DNA of 63,817 nt, the filler included, from Octopus bimaculoides (Eukaryota), in the NCBI RefSeq assembly GCF_001194135.2. It is 7 parts of 7 records of this genome, joined end to end, with 100 filler letters (N's around TTAATTAATTAA, not from the genome) between each part and the next. Parts side by side here need not be neighbours in the genome. Positions count along the whole stretch, not along the records: positions 61,020 to 62,083 come from NW_026362424.1; positions 62,184 to 63,817 come from NC_069003.1; 5 more parts are not named here. One strand, 5' to 3'. The first letter of the stretch is position 1; every line of letters starts with the position of its first letter. Of the stretch, positions 61,439-63,817 are shown piece by piece. The translations under genes and the position numbers were made by a program. Below the pieces are notes generated by a model that ran no database searches, was not told where the DNA came from, and worked only from the letters and a program-made list of their open reading frames with translations.

Positions 61439-62029
61439 ATAACATGCTCTCTATTCATCAGTATGAACACAACCAGAAAAATATAAATTTATACATACCA
61501 TACGAATACAATGTATCCAGCAGAGCAAATACAAATGTTATATATCCATGAAACTTATATATCCACTTATATATCTATGAAAGGGACGTCTATCGTGTTC
61601 ATCTTGGCCACATATGGTAAACCAAAATAATTGAGCACTGAATATAGTTAGGTTTAATATTTGTAAATAAAATACAAGGATAAAATCTATACAAGATTTT
61701 ATCAAGTAGCCAGTGTGTAAAACCAATTTATAGAACAAATTAATACAAAGTATATAAATCATTTTTTTTCCATATATATAAAATACATTATTATATCAAG
61801 GGCTATTACTATAAGTAAAGCCACACGCTGTAAAGGGACTCTAAAGTCAAACTACTTCATCAAGGGGTACTGTGTCATGTAGCCAGTTGGAAACAATGTC
61901 TCATTTATAACATTTGTAACAATCATAACATTTGCCCCATCCAGGACTGCCACATAATGTTGGAAAATAGTCTTTACTTCAAAGTATTGTTATTGAATAT
62001 CTCTCTTTGTGAAATTTAGAAATAACTCT

Positions 62030-62083
62030 TTCACTCTTTACTTGTTTCAGTCATTTGACTGTGGCCATGCTGGAGCACTGCCG
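62030..62083 (-). mobile_element. SINE family A tail (rest lost at join)
   Basis: ctctttacttgtttcagtcatttgactgtggccatgctggagcactgcc. Confidence 0.85.
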
Positions 62084-62267
62084 NNNNNNNNNNNNNNNNN
62101 NNNNNNNNNNNNNNNNNNNNNNNNNNNTTAATTAATTAANNNNNNNNNNNNNNNNNNNNNNNNNNNNNNNNNNNNNNNNNNNNACAACATCAGAATAGTT
62201 AATGTTAATAGTTTTTAAGCATTTCCTCTGAACTTTGTTTCTTGGCTTCACTACAGCACCAAATGTG

Positions 62268-62481
62268 CTTTTCTGCTCTAGGCACAACGCCCGAAATTTT
62301 GGGGGAGGGTCCAGTCGATTAGATAAACCTCAGTACACATCTGGTATTTAATTTATCGACCCCCGAAAGAATGAAAGGCAAAGTCGACCTCGGCGGAATT
62401 TGAACTCAGAACGTAACGGCAGACGAAATACTGCTAAGCCTTTCGCCCGGCGTGCTAACGTTTCTGCCAGCTCGCCGCCTT
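62268..62481 (-). mobile_element. SINE family B, tail type 1, full length
   Basis: Very clean core and head. Flanking imperfect TSD acagcaccaaatgt (62253-62266) / acagcgctaaatgt (62484-62497). Confidence 0.92.
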
Positions 62482-62610
62482 AAACAGCGCTAAATGTTGT
62501 GATCCCTCCATCACACACACACCTGGTGATTTGGGAGACATTGTTACGTATTACATATTCTTATGAATTTTGCACGTTAACATATTAGGATTTGTTACAT
62601 ATTGTCTAGT

Positions 62611-62866
62611 GGAGGCGCGTGGCTTTGTGGTTAGGCTGTTGGACTCATGAGAGTAAGATTGTGGTTTCGATTCCTAGACCTGGCAACGCGTTGTATTCTT
62701 GAGCAAAACACTTTTTTTCACGTTGCTCCAGTCCACTCAGCTGGCAAAACTGAGTAATCCTGAAACGGACCAGCGTCTCGTCCAGGTGGAGAATTTATAC
62801 GCCATGAAACCAGGAATTCGGCCCTTATGGGTCGGTATGACTCCAGAAGCTAACATTTCATTTTAC
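62611..62866 (+). mobile_element. SINE family C, full length
   Basis: ggaggcgcgtggctttgtggttagg head, ttgctccagtccactcagctggcaaaa core. TSD-like ttacatattgtctag (62595) / ttacatactgtttgg (62863). Confidence 0.9.
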
Positions 62867-62979
62867 ATACTGTTTGGCTATCACATGTGGCATGACATGC
62901 TTCACATTGATCTGCCTTGATCTAATCAATAGATTCCCATCGAATACCCCACCCCACGCAAACACACGTATTTCTTTTT

Positions 62980-63370
62980 TAATTATTTCAATCATTGGTT
63001 GGTGGCCATGCTGGGGCATCTCTTTGAAGGGTTTACTTGAATAAACTGACTCCGGTATTACATTTTTTTGTGTATTTTTTCTTTTGTAAGTTTTGTACTT
63101 CTATCTGTATCTTTTTACTCAATTGCTAAGTTACGAGGACGTAAACAAACGAGCACCGGTTGTCAAGTGATAGAGGAGAGCACACACACACACACACACA
63201 CACACAAACGTGTGTGTGTGTGTATACGACGGACTTCGACACAGTTTCCGTCAACCAAATTCACTCGGGCTACAAGTAGAAGACATTTACCCCAAGATTC
63301 CGCGCAATGAGACTGAACCCGAAGTCTCGTGGGTCGCAATGCAAGCTTCTTAACCGCGCAGCCACGCCTG
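62980..63370 (-). mobile_element. SINE family A, full length, older
   Basis: ggccatgctggggca tail...gctaagttacgaggacgtaaac...(CA)n(TG)n...cttcttaaccgcgcagccacgcctg head. Confidence 0.8.
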
Positions 63371-63755
63371 AACCTACGTATGTATTCGACGACTACAGTG
63401 ACCCAGAGGACTCTTCGTGCAGTAAGGGCAAATTTCTTTTAGAGCGGGGTCGCTGAGGAAAACAGTAAGTGGGGCAATGAAGGATAAACTTAGAAGAGAA
63501 AGAACATGTGAAGGTGGAGTACGTTATGGCGGTGGTGCCTTGTCGTAATTAGTGGAGGTAGTGGTGGTGGTGGTGGTGGTAGTAAAGACGAAGCTAGCGT
63601 TAATTAGTGCAGTGAACTAATAAATTTTAATCTATCAAAAATTAACACCTGCGTGTTTTCTCCCTAACACGCCGACCCCGTCCTACAGTAATTTTGTTTT
63701 TATCTCGTAACGCCATCTATCAGTCAGGGTTTAGTCACCAAAAACGCCCCTCAAA

Positions 63756-63817
63756 AGGCGGCGAATTGGCAGAATTGTTAGAACGTCAGCTGGAACGTCA
63801 GGCGGTATTTGTTCCGG
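63756..63817 (+). mobile_element. SINE family B head (runs off window)
   Basis: aaggcggcgaattggcagaattgttagaacg...gcggtattt. Confidence 0.75.

Overview
About 64 kb of AT-rich, microsatellite-dense animal genomic scaffold. It is very probably octopus or another coleoid cephalopod; this is an inference from recalled SINE architecture, the R4/Dong-RTE-CR1 LINE mix and the microsatellite density, not a database hit. Roughly 5.7 kb is N. That includes six 100-bp joins of the form 44N-TTAATTAATTAA-44N, across which order and orientation are uncertain. No protein-coding, rRNA or intact tRNA gene can be called. Nearly all long ORFs in the supplied track are N-run or microsatellite artefacts, and the rest are transposon relics. 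The window is a dense transposon graveyard. It holds several tRNA-headed SINE families and related short repeats (labelled A-F here), decayed R4/Dong, RTE and CR1-type LINEs, two copies of an internally deleted mariner, hAT-Charlie, mariner and piggyBac-like MITEs, and two foldback hairpins. Best observations: (1) the 3' UTR of a CR1 LINE ends in the same 46-nt tail as SINE family A, with a stem-loop preserved by a compensatory base-pair change, suggesting a SINE/LINE partnership; (2) the two mariner copies 27 kb apart share one deletion junction; (3) modular swapping of heads, cores and tails among the SINE families; (4) a 430-bp foldback element; (5) a few weak candidate small exons.
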